This document shows positions 19,963 to 29,209 of a stretch of 64,000 bases of DNA, one piece after another. The position numbers were made by a program, and so were the translations under genes. The notes beneath the pieces are model-generated. The model ran no database searches. It saw nothing but the letters and a program-made list of their open reading frames with translations, and was not told the origin of the DNA. Numbering within the stretch: the first letter of the stretch is position 1; the number at the start of each line of letters is the position of its first letter. The stretch is from Candidatus Poribacteria bacterium (GTDB lineage: Bacteria > Poribacteria > WGA-4E > JAJDTR01), in assembly GCA_965222225.1 (NCBI GenBank), contig CBDCTK010000002.1:352001-416000 (forward strand), written 5' to 3'.

Positions 19963-20292
19963 TATCACTATCAGATCCTGCACGTTACTGCCAAAGATAT
20001 TGAGATTGAGAATCAGATTCTCGGCAATCGCATATCCGATCCCAATTGTCGTGTTACCAGAAACGCCGCCGAAAACAAACTCTTTTCCCTCAACCTCTTC
20101 GATAGATGCTGTGACTCCGATCCCTGTAGAAAGGCGAAGAAAGAACCCATCATACCTATGCTCAGTGTTGTCATCACCAGCCGTGACAGTGGGGGCGATC
20201 TGACCGTGGCTAATACATTATACACCATAAATCAACAACATCATCGCTAGAATCAACACGATGACTTTTCCATTCACACTTGCGTTCAACAT
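19955..20292 (-). pseudogene. N-terminal half of a small outer-membrane beta-barrel gene, with an internal stop
   Basis: RBS AAGGAG and ATG at 20292; signal peptide; TAA at codon 25; then HRYDGFFLRLSTGIG...GIGYAIAENLIL; fused in frame to the BCCT fragment at VDG. Confidence 0.7.
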
Positions 20293-20429
20293 GAGAAAAC
20301 TCCTTATATTTGTTTTTCGATTTCAAAACGAAATCGGGTTAATGCTTGTCCTACTTGACTCCACGGCGCTCAGAATATAATACCATTTCGTTTGAATAAT
20401 AGTGCGTATAGTGTTTTTCAAATATACTA

Positions 20430-21401
20430 ACCTTTGGTGCTAGTTTAGAGAGTGAATTGAGCTATTGACAGAGGCACAAAGCCATCGTCGTCAATCGACA
20501 ATCCATTCCACTGTACCAAGAGATTGAACAAAGCCATTGTAAAGCCGACTCGCGTTTTGAAGTAACTCCAACGACGGTGCATGACTTTCTTAAAATGGCA
20601 CACTAGCGTCAACATGGACAAAATCGTTTCTACCAGCATCCGAGAATTCCACTCGCCACGTCGGCACAGACGCAAGTTGGAAGGGAACCAATCCGCTTTG
20701 GCGAAATTTACATCGGCAAAAACAACCATCTGGTCACTGACCCCATCAACGAGATGTTGGAAGGCACTCCCATCATGTACATTGGCAGTGTCGCAGTCCC
20801 AGTTGACAATCAGTCCGAGATGATTGTGTAGCAAGCAAAGTTTTCCACCTACAATCCATCGTTGGTTGGAAATGCCTTTGCGTCCGATTTGACGTTTAGA
20901 GCGCCCTTCTCGGCGCGGGTGAATCAATTCAATACCGTACGTGTCAATTCCACCGATAAGCGAAGGATTCGCCATAAAAACGTCAATGAGATGTTGATGC
21001 CCGTCGAATAAGCGGAACAATCGGGTACGCTCGGGTAACATCGGAAATAAGGATTTGAAATTGTTCGCTATCCAGCGATAGGAGGCTCGATTACCCACAC
21101 CCTTGAGCGCAAAGAGCATGGCAATGGTAACCACTTCAGACGGATAAAGTTTGGCATGGCTATGCTTATGGTTTTTACCGTGCTGTGAGAGTTTATCATC
21201 AACACAACAAAACAGTTCTGTGATAAAATCTACTATGGTCATGAGTCTAGATTTCCTCCCGTTATTTGATAGCTACCGATACTCAAATTAACGGTAGAAT
21301 CGAGGAAATCGTCTCATGCCCTGATACCTTTCGCGTTAAAGCAAAGCCAAAAGGGAATGTTATGCTTATTAACCTCCAAATTTCAAACTAGCACCATTGG
21401 T
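20430..21401 (-). mobile_element. IS982-like insertion sequence
   Basis: Terminal IRs ACCTTTGGTGCTAGTTT / AAACTAGCACCATTGGT (15/17); 5-bp direct repeat TACTA at 20425-20429 and 21402-21406. Confidence 0.85.
20445..21242 (-). CDS. DDE transposase (IS982-like)
   Basis: FITELFCCVDD...LYPSEVVTI, IDT, ANVHD, FAD and RMLVET motifs; lies within the IRs. Confidence 0.85.
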   Translation of the reverse strand: MTIVDFITELFCCVDDKLSQHGKNHKHSHAKLYPSEVVTIAMLFALKGVGNRASYRWIANNFKSLFPMLPERTRLFRLFDGHQHLIDVFMANPSLIGGIDTYGIELIHPRREGRSKRQIGRKGISNQRWIVGGKLCLLHNHLGLIVNWDCDTANVHDGSAFQHLVDGVSDQMVVFADVNFAKADWFPSNLRLCRRGEWNSRMLVETILSMLTLVCHFKKVMHRRWSYFKTRVGFTMALFNLLVQWNGLSIDDDGFVPLSIAQFTL

Positions 21402-21718
21402 TACTATTATGACACGCCCCATACCACCTGTTGGCCTTCACACCAAACCCCGTAGGCGGGGCATCTTGCCCCGCTGTGGAAAGACCTGATTGACGCTATT
21501 GATGCACTTCGAATATAGAGAAATGGTATAACCACAAATTATAGTCAAAAGAATCTTTCCGTTTTCCACTGTTTTGCACTAATCCGTGTGCTATAAAACT
21601 CGAGTTTCCACCTTGTGAAGAAATGAGGCAAGAGAGCTTGTAAGTTGGGTAGAGGTCGGTCAATTAACGACATTGCGAACTAGTTTCTGTTAAAATTTTT
21701 GTCAAGCGTGTGCGTACT

Positions 21719-21804
21719 CGTAGGGGCGCGGATCAAATGAGCGAATAGCGAATGCGATAGAGATCTTCTCCTCGCCCAACGGGTTGGGAGACCCAACCCC
21801 TACG
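21719..21804. repeat. GTAG-type REP doublet carrying 35-bp insert copy A (21732-21766)
   Basis: CGTAGGGG...CCCCTACG ends; insert ATCAAATGAGCGAATAGCGAATGCGATAGAGATCT; removing it restores the hairpin GGGCGCGG-TCT-CCTCGCCC. Confidence 0.8.
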
Positions 21805-21922
21805 TTTGCCGGTGCGTGTCTAACTAGGGGGCTTGGTTTCCTCGTCCGTTCCTCCAACGCGTTGAGTTGTGTCCACATGTCAAAAAACGTGCAAAGCACA
21901 AACAGAACCCGAACGGGCGGGG

Positions 21923-21976
21923 ATCAAATGAGCAGATAGCAATCAAGCGAACGGATAGTGAGTGCGATAGAAATCT
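21923..21976 (+). repeat. 35-bp insert element: truncated copy B1 (21923-21941) plus full copy B2 (21942-21976)
   Basis: ATCAAATGAGCAGATAGCA followed by ATCAAGCGAACGGATAGTGAGTGCGATAGAAATCT, inside a CGGGG...CCCCG hairpin. Confidence 0.8.
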
Positions 21977-22219
21977 TCTTACCCCGTGCTGACTTCCCAC
22001 AAACTCGGTTGCTTTGCCCAATTTGCTTACTTGAGAGAACCTATTTATGCCTCCCTCGATTATCTGGTGACGACGAAATGCCAACAGAACCTAGCACAAG
22101 GCGTCGGGTTAACAGTTAAATACTACTGGGGTGTCTCATACCAAATTAACCAGATTCGCCCCGTTTTCCCCTCTCGTATTTCCAAAGAGGCGGCTCCTAT
22201 ATCCGCCCGCTCAATATTC

Positions 22220-23784
22220 TCAGCGCGATTTGCGCGATTCACGCATTTCACTGTGAAGCCCCCTCCAGACGCAAACCGACATTCCCAATAGGATAATGGC
22301 GAACGGGAGGCCAGCCGCGAGCGTGGCCGCCTGTAACGATTTTAGACCGCCGCCAAGCAGCAGCGCGATGGCGACCAGCCCCTCGACAGTACACCAGAAC
22401 ACACGTTGCGGCGCCGGTGTGTCAATCTTGCCGCCAGCCGCGATGAGGTCAATGATTAGGGAGCCGGAGTCTGAGGAGGTAATGAAAAATACGATTGTCA
22501 GAATTATCGCGACGGATGAAAGTAGTGTCATCATCGGAAATCTGTCAAACATTTTGAACAATGTAATTTCAAGATTCTGAGCTTCAACATTCTCGGCCAC
22601 ATCGGAATAACCGTCAACGAGATGCTGGTGGAGTGCAGTGCCGCCAAAGCCGCCGAACCACAATAAACATAACAACGTCGGCAAAAGGAGCACGAAGATT
22701 GTGAATTCTCGAACCGTGCGTCCTCTTGAAATGCGAGCAATGAATGGGCCAACGAACGGTGCCCAAGCAAGCCACCATGCCCAAGAGAACGTCGTCCAAT
22801 CGTGCAAGAATCCGATATCTTCCCGCCCAATCCAGTTACTGAGTGGTACAATCATCGCTAGATAGCTACCAAACCCAGCCAACATACTGCGGAAAATATA
22901 GCGCGTCGGGCCGAGGATGATAACAGTCAAGAGCAACAAAAACGCAAGAATTATGTTGAACTGGCTAAGACGCTTGATGCCCACATTAATACCGGTCAAC
23001 ACCGATGTCAGCGCGATGCACGTAATGACGACAATCAGCATTACCATGGTGGCGCTGGTCGCCGGAACATCAAACAGATAGTTCAGGCCGATGGTAATCT
23101 GTTGTACCCCCAAGCCGAGCGAGGTCGCAAGCCCAAACAACCCTGCGAATATGGCGAACGTATCAATGATATGGCCAGGCCATCCCCAGACGCGGTCTCC
23201 GATCAATGGATAGAACGCTGAGCGGATAGTGAGAGGTAGTTTCTTATTGTAGGCGAAAAACCCTAAAGCAAGTCCGCCATGCCGTAAATTGCCCAGCCGT
23301 GTAGACCCCAGTGGAAGATCGCAGCCGATATACCGACGGTGGCAGCTTCCTCCGTTCCGGCGGTAACCCCGAGCGGAGGGTTCTGCAAGTAATACATCGG
23401 TTCCGCCACACCGAAAAACAGTAGACCAATACCCACACCTGCCGAAAAGAGCATGGCAAACCAGGTTAAATTGGAGTACTCGGGTTTTGAATCCGCGCCC
23501 CCCAGGCGCACCTTGCCGAGCGGTGAGAACACCAAGTACAGAAAAAAGAGTAAGATTAGGTTGGCAGCGATCATGAAAAACCAATTAAGATTCGTTGTGA
23601 GCCAAGTGTAAGTGTCTCCGAAAACTTTCGTCGCACCTTCTTGAAAGACGAGTGCCCCAACGACAAATAGGGCGATGCCTATGCTGGACATCACGAACAC
23701 CGGAGTTAGATAGATATCTAAACCGAATAACTTCCGGTACGTCGTGTCATCTGGCAGATATGGTTGATTTTCTTCTTCGCGCAC
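22220..23784 (-). pseudogene. BCCT family (betaine/choline/carnitine) transporter, frameshifted
   Basis: WFAMLFSAGVGIGLLFFGVAEP and FHWGLHGWAIY in one frame; WAWWLAWAPFVGPFIARISRGRT in another. One base is missing near 23277 (ATG GC- GGA CTT GCT). Confidence 0.85.
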
Positions 23785-23901
23785 TTTCAAAATTCTCCTT
23801 TTAGCCAAGTAGGCGCGCCTTGCAAACATACCTACTTGACCCTACAGACGTAGCTGATTAGGACATTTTAAGGAAGGATGGAAAAATCCTTGCATGCCTT
23901 C

Positions 23902-24138
23902 TTCGTAACAGTTTAGTTCGGTTCAAGAAAAGGGGCTAACTGTTGAGTTTGGTCTATGAAAATGGATAAATGGTCGTAAAGTTTATGTCTCTATTTATCG
24001 GTGGGAGCGGCATCTCTGCCGCGACCAGCGCGGGTGGAGTAGCATCCGCCCATTACATGTAAACGGCGGACGTGCAATGAATTGCACTACTACGAGCCAA
24101 CATCGGCAATATAGATCGATGGACTAAACTGTTACGAA
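23902..24138. mobile_element. MITE with perfect 16-bp terminal inverted repeats and internal REP-like hairpins
   Basis: TTCGTAACAGTTTAGT (23902-23917) / ACTAAACTGTTACGAA (24123-24138); internal GCGGCATCTCTGCCGC and GTGCAATGAATTGCACTACTAC. Confidence 0.75.
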
Positions 24139-24318
24139 AAATGGTAGTTCTTGACAATGGGTTCATCTTGCCAGGCTCTCTTAGGGAATATCGGCGATCA
24201 TTCCCTGCATTGTCCAGTCATTTTGCAAAAGGAATTACCCTTAAACTAGCCTAGATTTTCAACTCGTTGGGACAAATATACTCAATCCGGTTGAGTCGTT
24301 AAGGAGGGAAAGTGAAAA

Positions 24319-25095
24319 TTAGGAGAGCACCATCTGGTGGGCTTTCGTGAAGCAACGGCGGCGAACAATGTGAACGACGATTGAAGTGCCGATTGCCGTG
24401 GATGCAACTAACATTAACATTACTAGAATTTGATACTTGATGGCGGTCAACGGTTGAGTACCTGACATAATCTGACCTGTCATCATGCCCGGTAGCGAGA
24501 CTAAGCCGACCGTCATCAGCGCGTTAATTGAGGGGATCATTCCCGCTTTGATAACCGTGCGAAGAATATCACCGGTTGCCTCCTGATACGTGGCTCCCAA
24601 ACACAAAGCCAATTCAATTGTATCAGATTCTTTCCGCAGGTCCGAGAACAATCGATCCAAAGCAATGGATATGGCGTTCATCGAGTTGCCGATAATCATG
24701 CCGCCAAGTGGAATGAAATACTGAGGAGTATACCACGGCTTAACTTGCAGAATTGCACCAGTGACAGCGAAGGCAACAATCATGTAGCTGACAACCATGG
24801 AAACAAAGGTTGGCGTAAAAAGACGAACCTCTTTCTCCTTAACCCGACCGCTGATGGTTTGTGCCGCCCAGAAAATCATCCAGATATAGCAGAGAATCAC
24901 GAGATACGGATTCTTGATGTCGAAGATGAACTTGAGAATGTATCCGACCAGAAATAGTTGAGCAAACGTCCGCACAGTTCCCCAGACGAGGTCTTTCTCC
25001 AACCTCAACTTAAAGAGGAGGGATCCGACGCCAGCGACCACAACAAATGCCAAGCAAAGTACCAACTGGAGTGGAGAAATCTCTATGATATTCAT
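24319..25095 (-). CDS. fetB: Iron-export ABC transporter permease FetB (UPF0014/YbbM)
   Basis: RTFAQLFLVGY, PQYFIPLGGMIIGNSMNA, VGLVSLPGMMTGQI and AIKYQI motifs. Confidence 0.9.
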   Translation of the reverse strand: MNIIEISPLQLVLCLAFVVVAGVGSLLFKLRLEKDLVWGTVRTFAQLFLVGYILKFIFDIKNPYLVILCYIWMIFWAAQTISGRVKEKEVRLFTPTFVSMVVSYMIVAFAVTGAILQVKPWYTPQYFIPLGGMIIGNSMNAISIALDRLFSDLRKESDTIELALCLGATYQEATGDILRTVIKAGMIPSINALMTVGLVSLPGMMTGQIMSGTQPLTAIKYQILVMLMLVASTAIGTSIVVHIVRRRCFTKAHQMVLS

Positions 25096-25757
25096 GCGGA
25101 TACCTCCTCAAGCCTATCAGGTTGGAGGAGAAATCTCCGAGACTTTACTCGGTCGGGGACAAAATCGAAGTGTGTTACTAAAATAACACCAATCTTCTGT
25201 TCAATATTCAGTCGTTCTAGGGAATCCTCAACAATCTCCTTTGACTGTTGGTCAAGCGCCGATGTCGGTTCATCGCACAGCAGGATTTCAGGCTCCGTGA
25301 GCACCGTCCGAACCAAGGCAATTCGTTGTTTTTGACCCACGGAAAGTTTCATCGCGTCATCACTCAGCTTAACGCCTTCAATTACAAACGTCTCCATCCA
25401 CTTCTGTTTTTCAGCCGTGCCGGGCAGCTTTTGAGCGCCTGTCGAGTGGAATCGGAATGGGAAATCAAGGTTGTCTTCGACGGAGCCGGGTATCATTATA
25501 GGGGTTTGTTGGACATAGCCAATTTTACGCCTCAATGAAGTGACTTCATATGTGGCAATCAGTTGACCATCAATCAAAATCTCCCCCGATGTAGTTTCTT
25601 GCAGGCGATTCATCAGGCGCAATAGACTGGACTTCCCGACTCCGGACGCTCCCTGAACTACAATGAATTTACCTGTCTCTACGACTAGATTGATACCCTG
25701 AAGCAGCGGTGGTTTCCCGTCGTATTGCAAAGACACGTTTTTCAATTCGATTCGCAT
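25092..25757 (-). CDS. fetA: ABC transporter ATP-binding protein (FetA/YbbL-like)
   Basis: Walker A GASGVGKS, LSVGQKQR signature, LLCDEPTSALD; overlaps the fetB start by 4 bp. Confidence 0.85.
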   Translation of the reverse strand: MRIELKNVSLQYDGKPPLLQGINLVVETGKFIVVQGASGVGKSSLLRLMNRLQETTSGEILIDGQLIATYEVTSLRRKIGYVQQTPIMIPGSVEDNLDFPFRFHSTGAQKLPGTAEKQKWMETFVIEGVKLSDDAMKLSVGQKQRIALVRTVLTEPEILLCDEPTSALDQQSKEIVEDSLERLNIEQKIGVILVTHFDFVPDRVKSRRFLLQPDRLEEVSA

Positions 25758-25850
25758 ATCGGGTTAAGGGACTGTCCTGCTGTGAAGTGTAGCAAGCGTC
25801 ATCAAATTGCCTTGCATTTTCTCGCACCTCAATTCAAGTTCTCCACACAA

Positions 25851-26867
25851 TTAAAAACCGCGTCCGCTTGCTACAATAAAAGGCTGCAATTCCTCAACTA
25901 ATTGTAGGAATGTGTCTGGACTAAGCGATTGTGCACCATCAGAAAGCGCTTTATCGGGATTCGGATGCATTTCAATCATTAGTCCGTCTGCTCCCGCAGC
26001 GACAGCAGCTTTTGCCATTGGTGGAACAAATTCTGAATCTCCAGTCCCATGGCTAGGATCTGCGATGATGGGCAAATGACTCATTTTTTTGAGTACGGGA
26101 ATTGCGTTCAAATCAAATGTGTTGCGAGTTGCTGTTTCAAATGTGCGAATACCTCGCTCGCACAGCAGTACATTGTAGTTGCCACCAGAAAGGACGTATT
26201 CGGCTGAAAGCAAGAGTTCATCCACCTTGGACATCATGCCGCGCTTAATCATGACCGGCTTTTTTGCCTTTCGCAGGCGTGAGAGAAGCCCGTAGTTCTG
26301 CATATTCCGAGCTCCAATCTGAATGATGTCGGTATATTTCTCCACAAGCTGCAAATCATAACTATCAAGCAATTCGGTGATAATCAACAACCCGGTTTTG
26401 TCTCGCGCTTCGGCGAGGTATTCTAGCCCTTCTTCGCCAAGTCCTTGAAAACTATACGGAGACGTGCGCGGTTTGAAAGCGCCTCCCCGCAAGATTTGTG
26501 CACCGGACTCTTTGACAGTTTCGGCTGCTTCCAGAATCTGCTCTCGACTTTCAACGGAGCACGGTCCAGCCATCAAGATTAACCTATCACCACCGATTTC
26601 AACATTCCCGATTCGAATAACACTTCGCTCCTGCCTATATTCTCTGCCCGATAATTTGTACGGTTCAAGAATCGGTACAACTTTATCAACCGCGTGCATT
26701 GACTCTAGCTGCTGGAGTTCGTACTTGCCGCGTTCATCTCCAATAGCGGCTATGACTGTGCATTCCGTTCCCTGAATCGGGTGGGGGGTGTACCCAAGCT
26801 CCTCAATTCTGGCAATGACGGCATCAATGTATCGCTGTTCCGCCTCTGCGCTCATAACAATGACCAC
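25851..26867 (-). CDS. aroF: 3-deoxy-7-phosphoheptulonate (DAHP) synthase, class I-beta with N-terminal regulatory domain
   Basis: [49 protein letters not shown]. Confidence 0.95.
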   Translation of the reverse strand: MVIVMSAEAEQRYIDAVIARIEELGYTPHPIQGTECTVIAAIGDERGKYELQQLESMHAVDKVVPILEPYKLSGREYRQERSVIRIGNVEIGGDRLILMAGPCSVESREQILEAAETVKESGAQILRGGAFKPRTSPYSFQGLGEEGLEYLAEARDKTGLLIITELLDSYDLQLVEKYTDIIQIGARNMQNYGLLSRLRKAKKPVMIKRGMMSKVDELLLSAEYVLSGGNYNVLLCERGIRTFETATRNTFDLNAIPVLKKMSHLPIIADPSHGTGDSEFVPPMAKAAVAAGADGLMIEMHPNPDKALSDGAQSLSPDTFLQLVEELQPFIVASGRGF

Positions 26868-27143
26868 TGGTCTCTATCTCCTGTGTATTTTAAGGGGTGT
26901 GGGTTGTGGTTGGTTCTCGCAACGAAGCCGGAATCCTTACATTATCGGTTTCTAACGTTGGGATTCGCGTACCCTACTTTAATCGTAGCGAATTCAATTG
27001 CATTTTCGAACGGGATTCTTGTCGAATCCAAGAAAATGGTTGGTTTTCAATCAACAATACGATTTATTGTGGTTCCGCGATTCATCATCTTTGAGCGAAT
27101 TTCGATTGTCAAATGGAAGATGGAGTTCCGAACTGCGTAAATC

Positions 27144-27179
27144 CAAGCAATTCAATACTATCAAGCAATTCAATACTAT
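27144..27179. repeat. Perfect 18-bp tandem duplication next to an IS701-like end (27131-27146)
   Basis: CAAGCAATTCAATACTAT x2; preceded by AACTGCGTAAATCC. Confidence 0.8.
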
Positions 27180-27409
27180 TTCGAAGGAAGTTGCGCCGAC
27201 TCTTTACCATTAAAGAATAACATATCTATCCACTTATTTACAAGAACAGGCAAGAACGTGTCTGAACCTAGACACGCTTCAAAGTCAGAGTATCGGGAGT
27301 ATGAATCCGTTTTCGGGGGTTAAGTCAAGGTAGTCGTAGAGGTCGAGTTATGCCATATCTAAGGGTGTTGTATACAAATCCTTGGAGTCGGCATTGTCTT
27401 TCTTTTAAC

Positions 27410-27438
27410 TTGACTTTTGGGACTGTTTTTGCTAAAAT
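27410..27438 (+). promoter_or_regulatory. Putative sigma70 promoter upstream of gltA
   Basis: TTGACT-17 bp-TAAAAT with an extended TG motif. Confidence 0.5.
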
Positions 27439-27625
27439 AGCAGTGGGGTAGCGCCGAATTTAAAGTACGTTAATGCACTGCTGCGACAGAATCGGAATTT
27501 TTTTATTGAGCCTGCCGGAATGCAGTCCGTCCAAAGGTAGTGCATACCTTCCCTGTTTTCCTCACGAAGTTGACTCGTTACGAGCATTCGGGGCGCCCAA
27601 ATCTAGGACATGCACTTTGTTTGTT

Positions 27626-27840
27626 ATACCATTTCGCTTGAATAATAGTGCGTATAATGTCTTAATTATATCGTTCACTTTCTCCGTCGGCGGGGATCAA
27701 CTGACCCAACAGGCAGGGCGATGGAGATCTCGTCTTGCCCCGCCGACTTTTCGCGGAGACAAGGTTTATTTCTCTGCTACAAGCAAGTTTCTTTACTTAA
27801 TCCACGTAATCAATGCACTTGCATTTTAGTGAAATAGTAT
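27626..27840. mobile_element. MITE copy 2 carrying 35-bp insert copy E (27696-27730)
   Basis: ATACCATTTC...GAAATAGTAT ends; aligns along its length with 52867-53113. Confidence 0.75.
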
Positions 27841-28046
27841 TACCAATGTAAAATTCATGGCAAATGAATTGTTCTGTTGACTTAGAGGCTATTGGGAGGG
27901 AAGGTCGCGAAGAGCAATTCTGCTTAATCTTACTGTGCTTTTTTCGGAGCCATATAAGGCAATTCACCAGATTCACAGAAACCATGTTGAAATGAATGCG
28001 GAACGATTCTCACGTGCCGTGCCGTGTCAGCCATAGGAGGGGTTGC

Positions 28047-29195
28047 ATGCCACATGAATTTGTACCCGGCCTTGAAGGGGTGCCGATTGCTAAATCCGCA
28101 ATCAGTTTTGTTGATGGGCTAAACGGAGTCTTGGAATACCGAGGAATCCGCATACAAAATCTTGCCGAACACAGCACGTATGAGGAAACCGCTCATTTGT
28201 TGCTCAAAGGCGAACTGCCAGACCAAGCGGCGCTTGACGATTTAATCCATGATTTGGCTCACTACCGAAGGCTTGAATCCCAAGTGATTGATTTAATTAA
28301 ATGCCTGCCTGAATACGGACATCCGATGGACGCCTTGCAAGCGGCGATTGCTGCTTTGGGCATGTTTCATTCTGCCAAGGATGTCACCAATAACGCGGAA
28401 AACAACCTTTCTTGCATTCGCTTAATTGCCAAGCTTCCTACCATCGTCAGTACATTCGAGAGGTTCCGAAACGGCGCTGAGATCCTTCCTCCTCATGACG
28501 GCCTTGGACACGCTGCCAATTTCTTATTCATGCTTACGGGTGAGGAGCCTAATCATGTGAGCGTAAGAGCTCTTGACGTGTGTCTAATATTGCATGCCGA
28601 CCATACAATGAATGCTTCAACGTTTAGCGGACGCGTGACAGGTTCGACCTTGGCGGATCCGTACACGGTTGTCAGTTCGGCGGTTGGCACGCTGTCAGGG
28701 CCATTACACGGTGGCGCGAACGAACAGGTGCTTGATATGCTCCGTGAAATCGGATCAGTTCAAAATGCGGAGTCCTACATCGAAAGCAAGATGGCGAACA
28801 AAGAACGAATCATGGGCTTTGGGCACCGTGTGTATAAGACCAAGGACCCGCGGGCGATTATCCTGAGACGCCTGGCAGACGAAATGACTGAGGAGCATGG
28901 TTCAACCGAGTTGTGCGAAATCGCTCTGAGGGTCGACGAAATCGTCACTGAACGGTTGGGTGAGAAGGGAATATATGCAAATGTTGATTTCTACTCGGGT
29001 ATCGTTTACGACGCGCTGGGGATCCGGCCAGACGCTTTTACTCCAATCTTTGCCATGGGGCGAGTCGCAGGATGGCTTGCGCATTGGTTGGAGCAACTAA
29101 TCGATAATCGAATCTTTCGACCGACCCAAATATACGCAGGGGAACACGACGTTCAATATAATCCGGCGGAGCAACGCGGCGGAAAATCAAGCTAG
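28047..29195 (+). CDS. gltA: Citrate synthase
   Basis: PGLEGV, LHADHTMNASTF, GPLHGGAN, MGFGHRVYK, ANVDFYSG; RBS AGGAGG before ATG 28047. Confidence 0.95.
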   Translation: MPHEFVPGLEGVPIAKSAISFVDGLNGVLEYRGIRIQNLAEHSTYEETAHLLLKGELPDQAALDDLIHDLAHYRRLESQVIDLIKCLPEYGHPMDALQAAIAALGMFHSAKDVTNNAENNLSCIRLIAKLPTIVSTFERFRNGAEILPPHDGLGHAANFLFMLTGEEPNHVSVRALDVCLILHADHTMNASTFSGRVTGSTLADPYTVVSSAVGTLSGPLHGGANEQVLDMLREIGSVQNAESYIESKMANKERIMGFGHRVYKTKDPRAIILRRLADEMTEEHGSTELCEIALRVDEIVTERLGEKGIYANVDFYSGIVYDALGIRPDAFTPIFAMGRVAGWLAHWLEQLIDNRIFRPTQIYAGEHDVQYNPAEQRGGKSS

Positions 29196-29209
29196 AATGA
29201 GGAACAACA

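Larger units (their letters stand above)
20380..21529. mobile_element. MITE (ATACCATTTC...GAAATGGTAT ends), copy 1, interrupted by an IS982-like element
   Basis: Perfect 10-bp terminal IR; left arm ATACCATTTCGTTTGAATAATAGTGCGTATA shared with copies at 27626 and 52867; internal REP hairpin at 21451-21474. Confidence 0.7.

Noticed and set aside
23263-23290. Programmed frameshift in the BCCT gene
   Set aside because: No slippery heptamer or homopolymer at the shift; a simple deletion or sequencing error is more likely.
27473-27829. 118-aa ORF similar to ORF 52846-53073 (apparent small paralogous family)
   Set aside because: The similarity comes entirely from the shared MITE DNA; there is no RBS or protein-like signal.
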